Positions 29,670 to 40,675 of a stretch of DNA of 64,000 bases are shown here, in pieces (the stretch's first letter is position 1; each line of letters starts with the position of its first letter). A model generated the notes under the pieces. The model was not told the DNA's origin. It saw only the letters and a list, made by a program, of their open reading frames with translations, and made no database searches. Source of the stretch: Candidatus Latescibacterota bacterium (GTDB lineage Bacteria > Latescibacterota > CBDEFO01); contig CBDEFO010000006.1 in assembly GCA_965237525.1 (NCBI GenBank), forward strand, positions 1 to 64,000. The letters run 5' to 3'. The position numbers were made by a program, and so were the translations under genes.

Positions 29670-30827
29670 TTACGCTACATATACCTCAGGTGGATTGACG
29701 AAGTCTCTGTATTTCTCCGCTACCTTCCCTTCGGTTGCATCCCCTTTATGTATGTAGAAGCGGTAGTAGAAATCTATAGACTCCCCTTGCTTCAATATGT
29801 AGTCGCCTCTTTTATTGAGATCGCCCGTAAACGTTCCCACTCCAAAGGGATTTGTCGTCAAGAGGCCGTCGTCTCTTGCGTGCCAGCGGGTCGGGTGTCG
29901 AAAACTTTGGGGCGATTCAAATATGGCAATTCCTACTGTTTTGCCTTCCACAGGGCCGGAGTAGTCGCACCATTCAGCCTCCACTCCCAACATCTCTTTT
30001 TCGTTTATCGCCCCACGAGAGTTTTGCATCTTTCCCCCGCGTCTGACTTCCATGCTGGGCACGACCCTTATCGAGGCTATCCCTCCCTCTTTGGTATCTC
30101 CGAAGCGGACGTCTTCGGTATCTCCGAAGCAGACGTCTTTTTCCGCGGCTGTGAACCTGAGCTCCATATCTATGGCTCTGAAGCCCTGTGGGAGCCTGTA
30201 GATTGTATGAACCCTCCTCTCCTCCATTATCTTAGTTTCGTCCTTTGAGACCCAGTCGCTCTTGGCGGAAATTCGAGAAAAGACAGGCCCTTCTTCTATG
30301 GATTCAAATTCCGTGTGGACTGTCTTACCGTGTCCTTCCCCCTCGCTCCAGTTGTCCGTGCCGTCGGCCACCCAGATGCCCCGATGGTGACCCATCTCCT
30401 CGTCCTCTATGTCCTCTGGCGCAGCTACCCTGCTGGTTACAGGATCCCCACAGGGCCCTATTAAAGGATAAAGATAGGGCATTGAAAGTTCTTTTGCAAA
30501 GCAGTAGGACGTAAAAAGTTCTCCATCTATATGGAATTCGATCTTTTGGTCAGGGACATTATTTACACTTACGCCCTCTTTCCCTCCGGGGGGCACATCC
30601 ATAAGGAGGATATAGTTTTCCTGTTCTCCAGCTTTGAGATCTTCGACTATCCAGCGGATAACGGTCGCCGCCCCGTCGCTAGATCTTTGAACCTGAGCGG
30701 GGATAACGCCTCCTGTCTCCAGCGACTGAAGCTGAACAAAGTTTGGCTTGCTATCTAATTCCGCCATAACTGGGCAGAATTCCCTATCTTGATCTCCAGC
30801 TTCGACTACGATTTGAACATCTGGCAC
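29670..30827 (-). CDS. DUF6807/PmoA-like protein
   Basis: PYLYPL.GP.G, HHRGIW, GDTKEGG, AEWCDYSG, HPTRWHAR..GL...NPFG. Confidence 0.85.
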   Translation of the reverse strand: MPDVQIVVEAGDQDREFCPVMAELDSKPNFVQLQSLETGGVIPAQVQRSSDGAATVIRWIVEDLKAGEQENYILLMDVPPGGKEGVSVNNVPDQKIEFHIDGELFTSYCFAKELSMPYLYPLIGPCGDPVTSRVAAPEDIEDEEMGHHRGIWVADGTDNWSEGEGHGKTVHTEFESIEEGPVFSRISAKSDWVSKDETKIMEERRVHTIYRLPQGFRAIDMELRFTAAEKDVCFGDTEDVRFGDTKEGGIASIRVVPSMEVRRGGKMQNSRGAINEKEMLGVEAEWCDYSGPVEGKTVGIAIFESPQSFRHPTRWHARDDGLLTTNPFGVGTFTGDLNKRGDYILKQGESIDFYYRFYIHKGDATEGKVAEKYRDFVNPPEVYVA

Positions 30828-31251
30828 TCTTGATTCTCCTCGGATTGAGACTGCAAACTGCTAAAGCACTCTTGAGATATTCTAACCTCTTTTTTTGTTA
30901 TCGCCCGGGGATCGGCTTAACACCCACATCTCCAAAGCCGGGTTCACTTCCGTGGAGGTAGTTGATGTGGAAGTCAGCAAGGTGTTCAGTTGCCGTGGGT
31001 ATTATGGGGACTAACGTCACCGTGCCTGACCTTGTAGAGAATAGTGGGGCCGAGGCGCCGCGGCACTGCGTTCATCGTTCGGGAGTGGAGGCAACAAGCC
31101 ACGAAGTGGTCGCCAGAAGGGATGGGTTTGCCAGCCACTACAGCGATAACTCGACGGGTCTCATATTCAACTCTCATCTGGGCTTCCTTAGTGAATAATA
31201 AACTGTCAAATACAGTAAGTCAAGCGGAAATTGGTTGTTGACATTTAAGCT

Positions 31252-32211
31252 ATGGCATTTTATCTTTCTGGGGCTATGATATCGTATACCATAAGGAGAC
31301 TGCTTATGACTATCCCTGTGCTGTGGGGGATAGCCACGATTGTGTTTGTCCTTATGTTTATAGTGCCCGGCGATCCCGCAAGATTGCTCTTAGGACAGCA
31401 CGGTGATCCTGCGGTGGTAAAGAGGATACGGGCGGAATTGGGTCTGGACAGGCCAGTCTACGTGCAATACGCTAGGTTCCTGGGGAAACTCGCAAGGGGC
31501 GATCTGGGGACGTCCTACAGGCAGAGGCGAGCGGTGGCAGACATAATAGGAGAGCGATTCCCCGCCACATTAAGGCTGACTTTAGCGTCTCTGTTTGTGG
31601 CCGTAATACTGGGCATGAGCGCGGGCATCCTTGCGGCTATGTACAGAGGCTCTATAGTGGACGATATTGTCATGGCTGGCTCGATGATTGGCGTCTCGAC
31701 GCCTGTGTTCTGGCTCGGGATGATGCTTATTGTTCTCTTTGCATCTTATCTCGAGTGGTTCCCTGTCGCAGGATACGGAGATGGTGGCCTGGCCTATCTT
31801 GTCCTGCCGGCACTGTCTCTTTCGGCAGTATCTGTGGGCTATATTGCGAGGATGACCAGAGCCAGCATGCTGGAGGTGATAGGTCAGGACTATGTCAGGA
31901 CCGCCCGAGCTAAAGGGCTCTCAAAAGCGCAAGTGATCTTAAAGCACGCCTTGAAGAACGCCCTTATCCCTGTGGTGACAGTTATCGGGGTGGACCTTGC
32001 AAGTCTCTTGGGAGGGGCTGTCGCCACTGAGACCGTCTTTGCATGGCCCGGGCTTGGGAGGGCGGCTGTGGATGCCATCAGGATGAGGGACCTGCCTGTA
32101 GTCGAAGGCGTGGTCATATTTCTGGCCTTTGTCTTTGTTATGGTGAATCTGATTGTGGATCTTTCTTACGCTTATTTAGATCCGAGGATCTCGTATGATC
32201 AAAAAGACTGA
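31252..32211 (+). CDS. Peptide/nickel ABC transporter permease (DppB/OppB-like; start may be 31276)
   Basis: PGDPA, LGLDRP, DYVRTARAKGL, ETVFAWPGLG. Confidence 0.95.
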   Translation: MAFYLSGAMISYTIRRLLMTIPVLWGIATIVFVLMFIVPGDPARLLLGQHGDPAVVKRIRAELGLDRPVYVQYARFLGKLARGDLGTSYRQRRAVADIIGERFPATLRLTLASLFVAVILGMSAGILAAMYRGSIVDDIVMAGSMIGVSTPVFWLGMMLIVLFASYLEWFPVAGYGDGGLAYLVLPALSLSAVSVGYIARMTRASMLEVIGQDYVRTARAKGLSKAQVILKHALKNALIPVVTVIGVDLASLLGGAVATETVFAWPGLGRAAVDAIRMRDLPVVEGVVIFLAFVFVMVNLIVDLSYAYLDPRISYDQKD

Positions 32212-33073
32212 CTCTTTCATATCTTTAGTGTGGAGACAGTTTAAAAAAAGCACGATGGCGCTGGTGGGGCTTGCAATTGTTATGGGGTTGATCTTGATGG
32301 GCGCATTGGCTCCAATCCTTGCCCCTTACGATCCTTATCCGGACTCTGATATATGGGAAACTGATATATCCAACATCGTGGCTCCTCCAAGCCTTCAGCA
32401 TCCGTTCGGGACAGACGACCTGGGAAGAGACATATTCAGCAGGATCATATACGGCTCAAGAATTTCGCTTCAGGTCGGATTTATAGCCATGCTGATCTCC
32501 GTGTGGATAGGCGTAGTCCTTGGAACTGCAGCGGGATACTACGGCGGATGGATAGATAATCTTATCATGAGGATCACGGACATATTTTTTGCGATGCCTG
32601 CTCCGCTTCTTGTGATCGCGGTGATGGCGATCTTCGAAAATCCGTCTGTGGACAAAATTTTCTTCGTGTTGGGGTTCATAGGTTGGACCGGGATAGCGCG
32701 GCTGGTAAGAGCCAAAATACTGTCCGTCAGACAGGAGGAGTACACTCAGGCCGCAAGGGCGCTGGGTGCCAGGACGTGGAGGATCATATTAAGGCACGTC
32801 TTACCGAACGCTATGGCCCCTCTTATCGTAGCGGCGACCATACGGGTGGCAGGCAACATACTTACGGAGGCCTGGTTGAGCTTTTTAGGATTAGGGGCTC
32901 AGCCGCCTATCCCCAGTTGGGGGACTATGGTAACCGAAGGGCAGAGGTATCTTACCACCCAACCCTGGGTGTGCGTCTTTCCGGGTCTTGCGATATTTAC
33001 GGTCGTATTGGGATTCAATCTGTTCGGGGACGGATTGAGAGACGCCCTTGACCCGAAATTAAATAGACAGTAG
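32195..33073 (+). CDS. Peptide/nickel ABC transporter permease (DppC/OppC-like)
   Basis: HPFGTDDLGRD, AARALGA, LSFLGLG, FNLFGDGLRDALDP. Confidence 0.95.
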   Translation: MIKKTDSFISLVWRQFKKSTMALVGLAIVMGLILMGALAPILAPYDPYPDSDIWETDISNIVAPPSLQHPFGTDDLGRDIFSRIIYGSRISLQVGFIAMLISVWIGVVLGTAAGYYGGWIDNLIMRITDIFFAMPAPLLVIAVMAIFENPSVDKIFFVLGFIGWTGIARLVRAKILSVRQEEYTQAARALGARTWRIILRHVLPNAMAPLIVAATIRVAGNILTEAWLSFLGLGAQPPIPSWGTMVTEGQRYLTTQPWVCVFPGLAIFTVVLGFNLFGDGLRDALDPKLNRQ

Positions 33074-33486
33074 AACAGACATTCTGTCTGGTTAGACGGT
33101 GGACAGGGGCACTGCCTCCCTTCCCTTGTCCCCGATAGCCCCCGATTGAATATATCGGGGGTAGACAGGGAAAGCCAGGGGCAGACACGCGGGTCTGCTG
33201 ACCCCCCTTTAAGTCCCCCCTTATTAGGGGGCTGCATGTAGGGGCGAACTCTGCTCGCCCTTTGGGCGCACCCATTGTGTTCGCCCTCAGTTGACAGGGC
33301 GTCTCTTCCCTTATTTGTGTGCTGCTACTGCTTACCCAGACCAATTTGACCCGAAACCAAATTGAAAATCTCTTCGTAATACGTGCAAAGGACTTGACAG
33401 AGCGTGCGGTAAATGTTATTTTTTAGATAGAGCCAATAATGTTAGTTGAGATAGAGCATCCAATAAAATCTAAGGAGTGAAGTTAC

Positions 33487-34233
33487 ATGGCTGAAGAGGT
33501 AAAGGATCCTGCCGAGGAACAGACAGAAAACCCAGAAAACATTAAAGAGGCCGATGCGTCTCAGGAAGGGCCCAAACCGGTCAGGCAGAAGGCTGTAAGC
33601 AAAAGGAAAACCGAAGGTGGAGGTGAAGAGGCCAAGACAGTTCCGCAAAAGGCTGTATCGAAACGGGCCGCTGATGCGGGAGCACAAGCTGAACCTGTCG
33701 GTAGAGATCCCAGGAAGACAAAGGGGGCTGGAAAGTTGGGTAAGGAAAGCCCTGCAAGCTCGCGGAGAAAGTTTATCACAAGATTGGGCTGGGGCGGCTT
33801 TGTGGCTGCAATACTGGCTGCTACCGGTAGTTTAGTTAGGGCTATGTTTCCGAGGGTGCTCTTTGAACCTTCGCCTTTGTTTAAGTCGGGCTATCCTGAG
33901 GAGTACCAGGTCGGGACCGTAAGCGACAGATGGGTCGGGCAGCACAGGGTCTGGATCGTGAGAGAAGAGGAAGGATTTTATGCCCTTTCAGCGATCTGCA
34001 CGCATTTAGGATGCACGCCCAGGTGGTTCGCCATTGAGGATAAATTCAAGTGCCCCTGTCACGGCAGCGGATTTAAAATGAGCGGCGTAAACTACGAAGG
34101 TCCTGCTCCAAGACCTCTGGAAAGGGTTAAGATAACGCTTGCACAGGACGGTCAGCTATTGGTGGACAGGAGCGTGAAGTTCCTCTACGAGAAGGGACAG
34201 TGGGATAAGCCGGGGGCTTTTCTGAAGGTGTAG
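33487..34233 (+). CDS. Rieske 2Fe-2S protein (bc-complex type) with a charged N-terminal extension
   Basis: SRRKFI Tat motif plus TM, CTHLGC, CPCHGS, GPAPRPL. Confidence 0.92.
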   Translation: MAEEVKDPAEEQTENPENIKEADASQEGPKPVRQKAVSKRKTEGGGEEAKTVPQKAVSKRAADAGAQAEPVGRDPRKTKGAGKLGKESPASSRRKFITRLGWGGFVAAILAATGSLVRAMFPRVLFEPSPLFKSGYPEEYQVGTVSDRWVGQHRVWIVREEEGFYALSAICTHLGCTPRWFAIEDKFKCPCHGSGFKMSGVNYEGPAPRPLERVKITLAQDGQLLVDRSVKFLYEKGQWDKPGAFLKV

Positions 34234-34354
34234 TATCAGTCTGGATCTACAAAATTTCGGTCGTAGCAAGGGGAGGCGCCAAGGATTGTGTTCTATCCAA
34301 AGACATAGCTCTGCGCTTCCCCTTTCGTTTTTCGGCGGGTATGAATCTGTATAA

Positions 34355-35611
34355 TCACTTGAGGAGGAGCATCCTCTTTGCATCTGTATGCTGGAAGTCT
34401 CCTGTTGCAAGGCGGTAGAAGTATATCCCGCTGGATAGAGGAAAACCGCTCTGGTCTCTTGCATCCCAGGCTATGGTGTGATAGCCGGGGTCTTGTACCT
34501 CTTTAACAAGTACGGCTACGGTCTGACCCACCTGATTGTAGATAGTCATAGTTACGTCTGCAGTTTGAGGGAGAGTGTAGGCTATCAGAGTGTTTTCGTT
34601 GAAAGGGTTGGGATAATTTTGATGGAGGGCAAAAGCTTCAGGAAAGTTCTCTTCATCCTGATCTTGAAGCACAGCAGTAATCACCTCTATTCCGGCTGTG
34701 GAGGTTAAGACCCCGAGCGCCACCTGGGTAAGCTCCCCAAAAAGGGAAAACTGTACAGTCCCTATCAGATCAGTGTTTAAATGAATATTGGGATTTGCTA
34801 GGGGATTGGCCTCAGAAAGAGCAATGGCTCTGTAGCCGGCATCTATAAAAGGCTGATGATCCGAGCAGTCGCACCTTACGAGCTCTATTTCCTTTTTGCT
34901 GTCCAGACTTATCGGCACAAGGTTAGTATAGTCCTTGGCTATCTGGACAGCGATCTCTGCAAATGGAAGGGACGGCTCGTCTGAAACTATGAGTATCTCC
35001 TTTGTAGAATCGGGATTGTGACCGAGCGCGTCCAGGTTGATCATCAGTTGTATATCCAGACCCTGCTCCTCAGCCACTTCGACAAAGTGCCTGCTTCCCA
35101 ATAGACCTAATTCTTCGACTGCAAAGAGTACGAAATAGACAGTAGCCTCAAGCTCTACAGGTTGTAGTATCCTGGCTATCTCAAGCGTGGCCGATGTCCC
35201 TGTGGCGTTGTCGTCCGCTCCAGGGGCAGATAGGAGCGGATTCCCTCCCGACACTGTGACTATAGAATTGTAGTGTCCCCCTATGACAACTATCTTATCG
35301 GGGTCTTTCGTTCCCCTCTTGATCGCCACGACGTTTCTGTGCGTCTCTCCAAAAGCGCTGAACTGGTCGAATGAGACTTCCTCATACCCCAAATCCACAA
35401 ATCGGTTGAACAGCCAGTCGCTTACTGCATCTATGGAGTCTGAGAAAGCATATCTTGTCCCAAAGTCCTGCAGCCTCTGCACATCCCTTCTCAGGTTCTC
35501 AATCGAGACCTGATCTAAAAGGCTTCGAATTTGGGGATCGAAAGCGGCCTGAGAGTCGAGGGGAATGAGAAAAACAACTATCAGGAGTAAACAAGTAGAC
35601 AGTAGAACAGA
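34355..35611 (-). CDS. M28-family peptidase with FlgD/T9SS-like CTD
   Basis: GGHYNS, PGADDNATG, EELGLLGS, SDH, QNYPNPFN; start uncertain because it overlaps a repeat. Confidence 0.88.
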   Translation of the reverse strand, partial: SVLLSTCLLLIVVFLIPLDSQAAFDPQIRSLLDQVSIENLRRDVQRLQDFGTRYAFSDSIDAVSDWLFNRFVDLGYEEVSFDQFSAFGETHRNVVAIKRGTKDPDKIVVIGGHYNSIVTVSGGNPLLSAPGADDNATGTSATLEIARILQPVELEATVYFVLFAVEELGLLGSRHFVEVAEEQGLDIQLMINLDALGHNPDSTKEILIVSDEPSLPFAEIAVQIAKDYTNLVPISLDSKKEIELVRCDCSDHQPFIDAGYRAIALSEANPLANPNIHLNTDLIGTVQFSLFGELTQVALGVLTSTAGIEVITAVLQDQDEENFPEAFALHQNYPNPFNENTLIAYTLPQTADVTMTIYNQVGQTVAVLVKEVQDPGYHTIAWDARDQSGFPLSSGIYFYRLATGDFQHTDAKRMLLLK

Positions 35612-35750
35612 CATTCTTGTCTGTTCAGTAGACAGGGACAGCGCCTTCCCTCTGTCTGTAGAGATGTTGCGGATTTTAAGCTTCAAAACGTAGAAATCCT
35701 CAGGTGTTGTTTAAAGGGGCGAGGTAACCTCGCTCCTACGAATGTGCCTG

Positions 35751-36377
35751 CTATTCATCTTTCAAATCGGGCGTCAGATGACAGGTATCGTTTAAGGCTA
35801 CGATTTCCCAACCGTTCGCTCCCCTTTCCACTATGTTAAGGGATGTATTGTATGTCAGGATGCGGTTGTACAAAGTTATGTCCGCCATGAGGAACTCAAC
35901 TAACATAAGTCCTATCGGCCCTCCGTGTGTGACCACGGCTATCCTTTGACCTTCATATTCATGGGCTATCTCCAAGGCCCTTCGGAACGATCTATCTCTT
36001 ACTTGGAGGAAGTTCTCTCCGTTGGGAAAGACAAAATCAAAGGGATCCTGTACATACTGTTCACATTCCTTTGGAAACTTTGATTCGGCTTCCCGCCACG
36101 TCAGTCCCTGGAAGTCTCCGAGGCATATCTCTCTGAATTCAGTGTGGAACGTTATTGGAAGTCCTGTGGCTTCAGATATAGGCTCTGCGGTCTGCCCCGT
36201 CCTCAGAAAGTCGCTCGCATGGAGAGACTCTATCCCTTCGCTCTGGATGCGTCGGGCTAAGGCTTTTGCCTGTCTATGTCCTTTCTGGCTCAAGGGATTG
36301 TGCATCTGTCCCTGTATCCTACCCTCAGCATTGAAGCCAGTCTATCCGTGCCTTATGAGGTATATCCTGGTGGGCAT
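35751..36377 (-). pseudogene. Histidine phosphatase family protein with an in-frame TAG right after RHG
   Basis: MPTRIYLIRHG*TGFN..., REICLG, VTHGG, LNDTCHL; TAG at 36342-36344. Confidence 0.85.
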
Positions 36378-36569
36378 GTTATCCGATTAAGTTTTACTCC
36401 GCATGCAGACTAAGTAGGGGCGAACCCATGTGCTCGCCCAATTTATCAGGGCAGACACGCAGGTCTGCCTCAAGGCATCTTGTGTTTAGCTTCAAATAAG
36501 AATTATGGGAGGAGACCTTGCTGATAGTGCTGATAGGACACTGGATGTAGGTTAATAACCTTAATTGCA

Positions 36570-36809
36570 GATTTAATATAACGCTCCGAGCATTGATCAG
36601 ACCTTAACCTGTATATGGAAATTTGAAGCAAAAGCTTGGATTTAGAGAATTTCTCCTAAGAGGTCTTAAAATGGTGAAAACTGAGTTCAATTTAGCGTGT
36701 ATAGCACATAACCTCCAAAAGATTTGGAGGTTAGGAGCAGCTAAAGGTTGCTAAATTATATTTTTTTCGTTAAACAATGATTTAATAATTAGATTGTGGG
36801 ACGACGTCC
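36570..36809 (+). mobile_element. IS1182-family 3' remnant
   Basis: GNLKQKLGFREFLLRGL..VKTEFNLACIAHNL; TTGTGGGAC end-like motif. Confidence 0.7.
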
Positions 36810-36880
36810 CTTGTTATACGTTTTTTCTGCAAGAAAAATGCCGAAGCGAAGCGCAGGCATAGTATGACGCAGGTCGGCGA
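36803..36880 (-). other. Degenerate attC-like site downstream of the AT-rich gene
   Basis: Imperfect hairpin with CGCTTCGCTTCG centre; a GTTATGT core site lies upstream of the gene at ~37317-37323. Confidence 0.4.
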
Positions 36881-36884
36881 AGAA

Positions 36885-37259
36885 TTATAACCAACATCTT
36901 TTTTTGTATAAGTCATATCCGATCTTAATAGCTTTTGATATTTGTTTCTCTAGTTTCTTATCCAATGATTTGATGTGAAAGCAAGATTTTCCTTTGAGTA
37001 ATTTTGATAATTCAGGCTCGAATAGTTCTTGGAGTTTTGTTTCAGCGTAGATTGGCATGAAATAGAAACCTACATAGTTGCTTTGGATTGTCAATCCTGC
37101 AAAATACACTTCTTTTCTTTTTCTACCAGCAATTTCTACTTCTTTAAATGACCAAAGATCATATTTGCTATCTAGATCAAATTTTGGTTTCAAAGGATTT
37201 TCATATTTTTTCAATAGCTGTTTTAGTCTATTGAATATATGAATTAAATCATTCTGCAT
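36885..37259 (-). CDS. DUF1801/YdhG-like small protein, AT-rich, cassette-like
   Basis: YFAG...QSNYVGFYFMPIY, LLKGKSCFHIK. Confidence 0.7.
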   Translation of the reverse strand: MQNDLIHIFNRLKQLLKKYENPLKPKFDLDSKYDLWSFKEVEIAGRKRKEVYFAGLTIQSNYVGFYFMPIYAETKLQELFEPELSKLLKGKSCFHIKSLDKKLEKQISKAIKIGYDLYKKRCWL

Positions 37260-37332
37260 AATACTATTGAATTAGAGAGTTATATAAATCTTGCTTTTCC
37301 GACCGAGTAATATTGCACATAACTGTATATAT

Positions 37333-37580
37333 CCGACATACCCCATATCACATTCATGAGGGATTATATATCGATACAATCTTGTTTGTGAATGAATATT
37401 ACCACTTTTACATTTTGTAACAAGCACTTTTTTCAATCAAAATAGCATTTTCCTCTAAATTATCACTTTCTTTTGATATCTGACAGGCTGTTGAGATTTT
37501 CCAACTGAGTCAGCATCTCCGTTTCGAAACACCCTATCTTGTTGGCGCTGGCCGGATGCTTGCCCTTCTTTCCGGTAATT
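37333..37580 (-). mobile_element. Internally deleted IS1380-family remnant (right end)
   Basis: Reverse complement matches ~59125-59232 joined to ~59562-59702; IRR CCGACATACCCCATAT. Confidence 0.85.
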
Positions 37581-37745
37581 GCTCGCATAGAGAGACTCTA
37601 TCCCTTCGCTCTGGATGCGTCGGGCTAAGGCTTTTGCCTGTCTATGTCCTTTCTGGCTCAAGGGATTGTGCATCTGTCCCTGTATCCTACCCTCAGCATT
37701 GAAGCCAGTCTATCCGTGTCTTATGAGGTATATCCTGGTGGGCAT
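37581..37745 (-). pseudogene. Duplicated 5' part of the histidine phosphatase gene (same TAG, at 37710-37712)
   Basis: 37581-37845 is nearly identical to 36213-36469. Confidence 0.9.
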
Positions 37746-37858
37746 ATTATTCTATATTCCAATTAGGATTTACTCCGCATGCAGACTAAGTAGGGGCGAA
37801 CCCATGTGTTCACCCAATTTATCAGGGCAGACGCGCAGGTCTGCCCCTACCAAACATT

Positions 37859-40675
37859 TTATAAAAGCCCCAGTTCCTTCTTCAAAAATCTCCCCGTGTA
37901 CGATTTCTCTATCTGCGCTATCTCCTCAGGCGTCCCCTCTGCGACAATCCATCCTCCTTCGTCTCCGCCCTCAGGTCCCAGGTCTATTATGTAATCGGCA
38001 GTCTTTATCACATCTAAATTATGTTCGATCACAACGACCGTGTTGCCCTTGCCCACTAGCTTATAGAGCATGTTTAAGAGCATCTTGATGTCCTCAAAGT
38101 GAAGCCCCGTCGTGGGCTCGTCTAATATGTAGAGCGTCCTGCCGGTGCTCACCTTTGAAAGCTCGGTCGAAAGCTTGACCCTTTGGGCCTCTCCGCCCGA
38201 GAGAGTAGTCGCCTGTTGACCTAAATGTATATAGCCCAGGCCCACTTCGTACAGGGTCTGGAGCTTGCGCTTTGTCTTGGGAATATTCTGGAAGAACCCT
38301 AGCGCCTCCTCAACCGTCATATCCAGAACATCGGCTACCGATTTGCCCTTATATCTTACCTCCAATGTCTCTCTGTTGTACCGATTGCCCTTGCAGACTT
38401 CGCAGGGGATATATACATCCGGAAGAAAGTGCATCTCTATCTTCACGATCCCATCGCCTCTACAGGCTTCGCATCGCCCGCCCTTTACGTTGAAGCTGAA
38501 CCTGCCTGGCTTGTAGCCCCTCATCTTCGACTCGGGTATCTGTACAAAGAGTTCTCTTATGTACGTGAAGAGTCCCGTGTATGTGGCTGGATTCGAGCGC
38601 GGGGTCCTACCTATGGGCGATTGATCTATGTCTATGACCTTGTCTATCTCTCCCCAGTTTACGATCTTTTCGTGGCTCAACGCGGCATCCCTGGATCTGT
38701 ATATCTTCTGAGCCAGAGATCTATAGAGCGTCTCGTTGATAAGCGTGGATTTTCCTGAGCCTGAGACTCCTGTCACGCAGGTGAACGTCCCCAATGGGAT
38801 CTTGACATTTATGGATTTAAGATTATTGCCCGTTGCTTTGACGATCTCTATATATCTTCCGTTTCCGGGGCGCCTGTCTGAAGGCACCGGGATCTTCTTT
38901 GCCCCGGAGAGATATTGCCCCGTTAGCGATCCGTTCTTTGCGACCTCCGAAGGGCTGCCGAAGGTTACGACCCTCCCGCCGTCGGCCCCTGCTCTGGGTC
39001 CCATGTCGATCACGTGATCCGCCGTCAGTATGGTCTCCTTGTCGTGCTCGACGACCAGGACTGTGTTTCCGAGGTCTCGGAGGGCAAGGAGCATGTCCAG
39101 AAGCCGTCTGTTGTCCCTTTGATGCAATCCTATGCTGGGTTCATCCAGGATGTAGAGCACGCCGACTAACTGTGAGCCTATCTGCGTGGCAAGGCGAATT
39201 CTCTGAGCCTCTCCGCCTGAAAGCGTGTAGGCCCTTCTGCCAAGCGTTAGATAGTCCACGCCAACGTTGACAAGGAAGCTGAGCCTTTCTTTTATCTCTT
39301 TGATGATCTGGTGGGCGATGGCCTCTTCTCTTTTCGTGGGATTCAACTTGTCGAAGAATCTGGCTGTATCGTTGACCGACATCGAGGTAAGTTCTGCGAT
39401 ATGAAGGTCTCTGAGCGTCACAGCAAGGCTCTCCTTTTTGAGCCTTGCGCCTTTGCAGGCAGGACAGGGCTTTGTGCCCATAAAGTTCTCTATCCACCCC
39501 CGGACTTCCTGCGATTCGGTCTGCTTGTATCTCCTTTCAAGACGCGAGATGACGCCTTCAAATTTAGATTCGTACTTTCTCTCTACTCCTTCATCGTCGG
39601 TGTATGCCATCCCTATTCTTTCGTCTGTACCCCATAGTACGACGTTTTGTGCCGGCTCTGGCAGCTTGTAGAAGGGTGTTCTTAAACTGAATTTGTAGTG
39701 TCGGGAGAGGGATAAGAGGACGCCGTGGAACCACTGCATGTTGGGAACCCCCCAGCAGGCGATCGCCCCTTCCGCTATCGAAAGGTTGGGGTTAGGTATA
39801 ATAAGATCCGGGTCCATTTTCATCTGTGTCCCGAGGCCGTCGCACTCGGTGCACGCCCCATAAGGGCTGTTGAAGGAGAAGGCTCTGGGTTCTATCTCTT
39901 CGTAGCTGATCCCGCAGTCGATGCAGGCAAAGTGCTCGGAGAAGAGGAGTTCCTTTTTGTCAATCACGTCCACCATCACAATGCCCTCTCCCAGCTTTAA
40001 GGCAGTTTCGAGTGAGTCCGCAAGGCGGGAAGCGATCCTTTCCCTCACTATGAGTCTATCCACCACGACTTCTATGTTGTGGTTTTTGTACCTGTCCAGT
40101 TTTATGTCCTGATCCAATGTCATAACTTCACCGTTCACCCTGACCCTCACGTAGCCCTCTTTTCGGGCCTTCTGGAAGACCTCTTTGTATTCTCCCTTCC
40201 TCCCTCGAACCAGCGGAGCAAGTATCTGTATCTTCGTGTCCTGGGGCAGGCTTTTGATCGTATCGGCCATCTGCTGGACTGTCTGCTGTGCGATGGGCTT
40301 TTTGCAGTTGTAGCAGTGCGGGACACCGATCCTTGCAAAGAGGAGGCGCAGGTAATCGTATATCTCTGTTACGGTTCCCACCGTAGATCGTGGATTCCGA
40401 GCCGCTGTGCGCTGTTCTATCGAGATCGCTGGGGATAGTCCCTCTATATAGTCCACGTCGGGCTTTTCCATAAGCCCCAGGAATTGTCTGGCATAAGCAG
40501 ACAGAGATTCCACATATCTCCTCTGTCCCTCTGCGTAGATGGTGTCGAAGGCCAGCGAAGACTTCCCCGAGCCAGAAAGCCCCGTAATGACTACGAACTT
40601 CTCTCTGGGGATCTCCACATCTATGTTCTTGAGATTGTGCTCCCTTGCGCCCTTTACCAGAATCCTGTCTTTCAT
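37859..40675 (-). CDS. uvrA: Excinuclease ABC subunit A
   Basis: [17 protein letters not shown], two ABC modules, LSGGEAQR twice, zinc fingers. Confidence 0.99.
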   Translation of the reverse strand: MKDRILVKGAREHNLKNIDVEIPREKFVVITGLSGSGKSSLAFDTIYAEGQRRYVESLSAYARQFLGLMEKPDVDYIEGLSPAISIEQRTAARNPRSTVGTVTEIYDYLRLLFARIGVPHCYNCKKPIAQQTVQQMADTIKSLPQDTKIQILAPLVRGRKGEYKEVFQKARKEGYVRVRVNGEVMTLDQDIKLDRYKNHNIEVVVDRLIVRERIASRLADSLETALKLGEGIVMVDVIDKKELLFSEHFACIDCGISYEEIEPRAFSFNSPYGACTECDGLGTQMKMDPDLIIPNPNLSIAEGAIACWGVPNMQWFHGVLLSLSRHYKFSLRTPFYKLPEPAQNVVLWGTDERIGMAYTDDEGVERKYESKFEGVISRLERRYKQTESQEVRGWIENFMGTKPCPACKGARLKKESLAVTLRDLHIAELTSMSVNDTARFFDKLNPTKREEAIAHQIIKEIKERLSFLVNVGVDYLTLGRRAYTLSGGEAQRIRLATQIGSQLVGVLYILDEPSIGLHQRDNRRLLDMLLALRDLGNTVLVVEHDKETILTADHVIDMGPRAGADGGRVVTFGSPSEVAKNGSLTGQYLSGAKKIPVPSDRRPGNGRYIEIVKATGNNLKSINVKIPLGTFTCVTGVSGSGKSTLINETLYRSLAQKIYRSRDAALSHEKIVNWGEIDKVIDIDQSPIGRTPRSNPATYTGLFTYIRELFVQIPESKMRGYKPGRFSFNVKGGRCEACRGDGIVKIEMHFLPDVYIPCEVCKGNRYNRETLEVRYKGKSVADVLDMTVEEALGFFQNIPKTKRKLQTLYEVGLGYIHLGQQATTLSGGEAQRVKLSTELSKVSTGRTLYILDEPTTGLHFEDIKMLLNMLYKLVGKGNTVVVIEHNLDVIKTADYIIDLGPEGGDEGGWIVAEGTPEEIAQIEKSYTGRFLKKELGLL

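Noticed and set aside
30897..31200. RNase P, SRP or tmRNA gene
   Set aside because: Only isolated look-alike words are present (GAACCCGGCTT, AGGTCAGG); the required conserved motifs (GAGGAAAGTCC, GGAAGCAGC helix, T-loop/CCA end) are absent.
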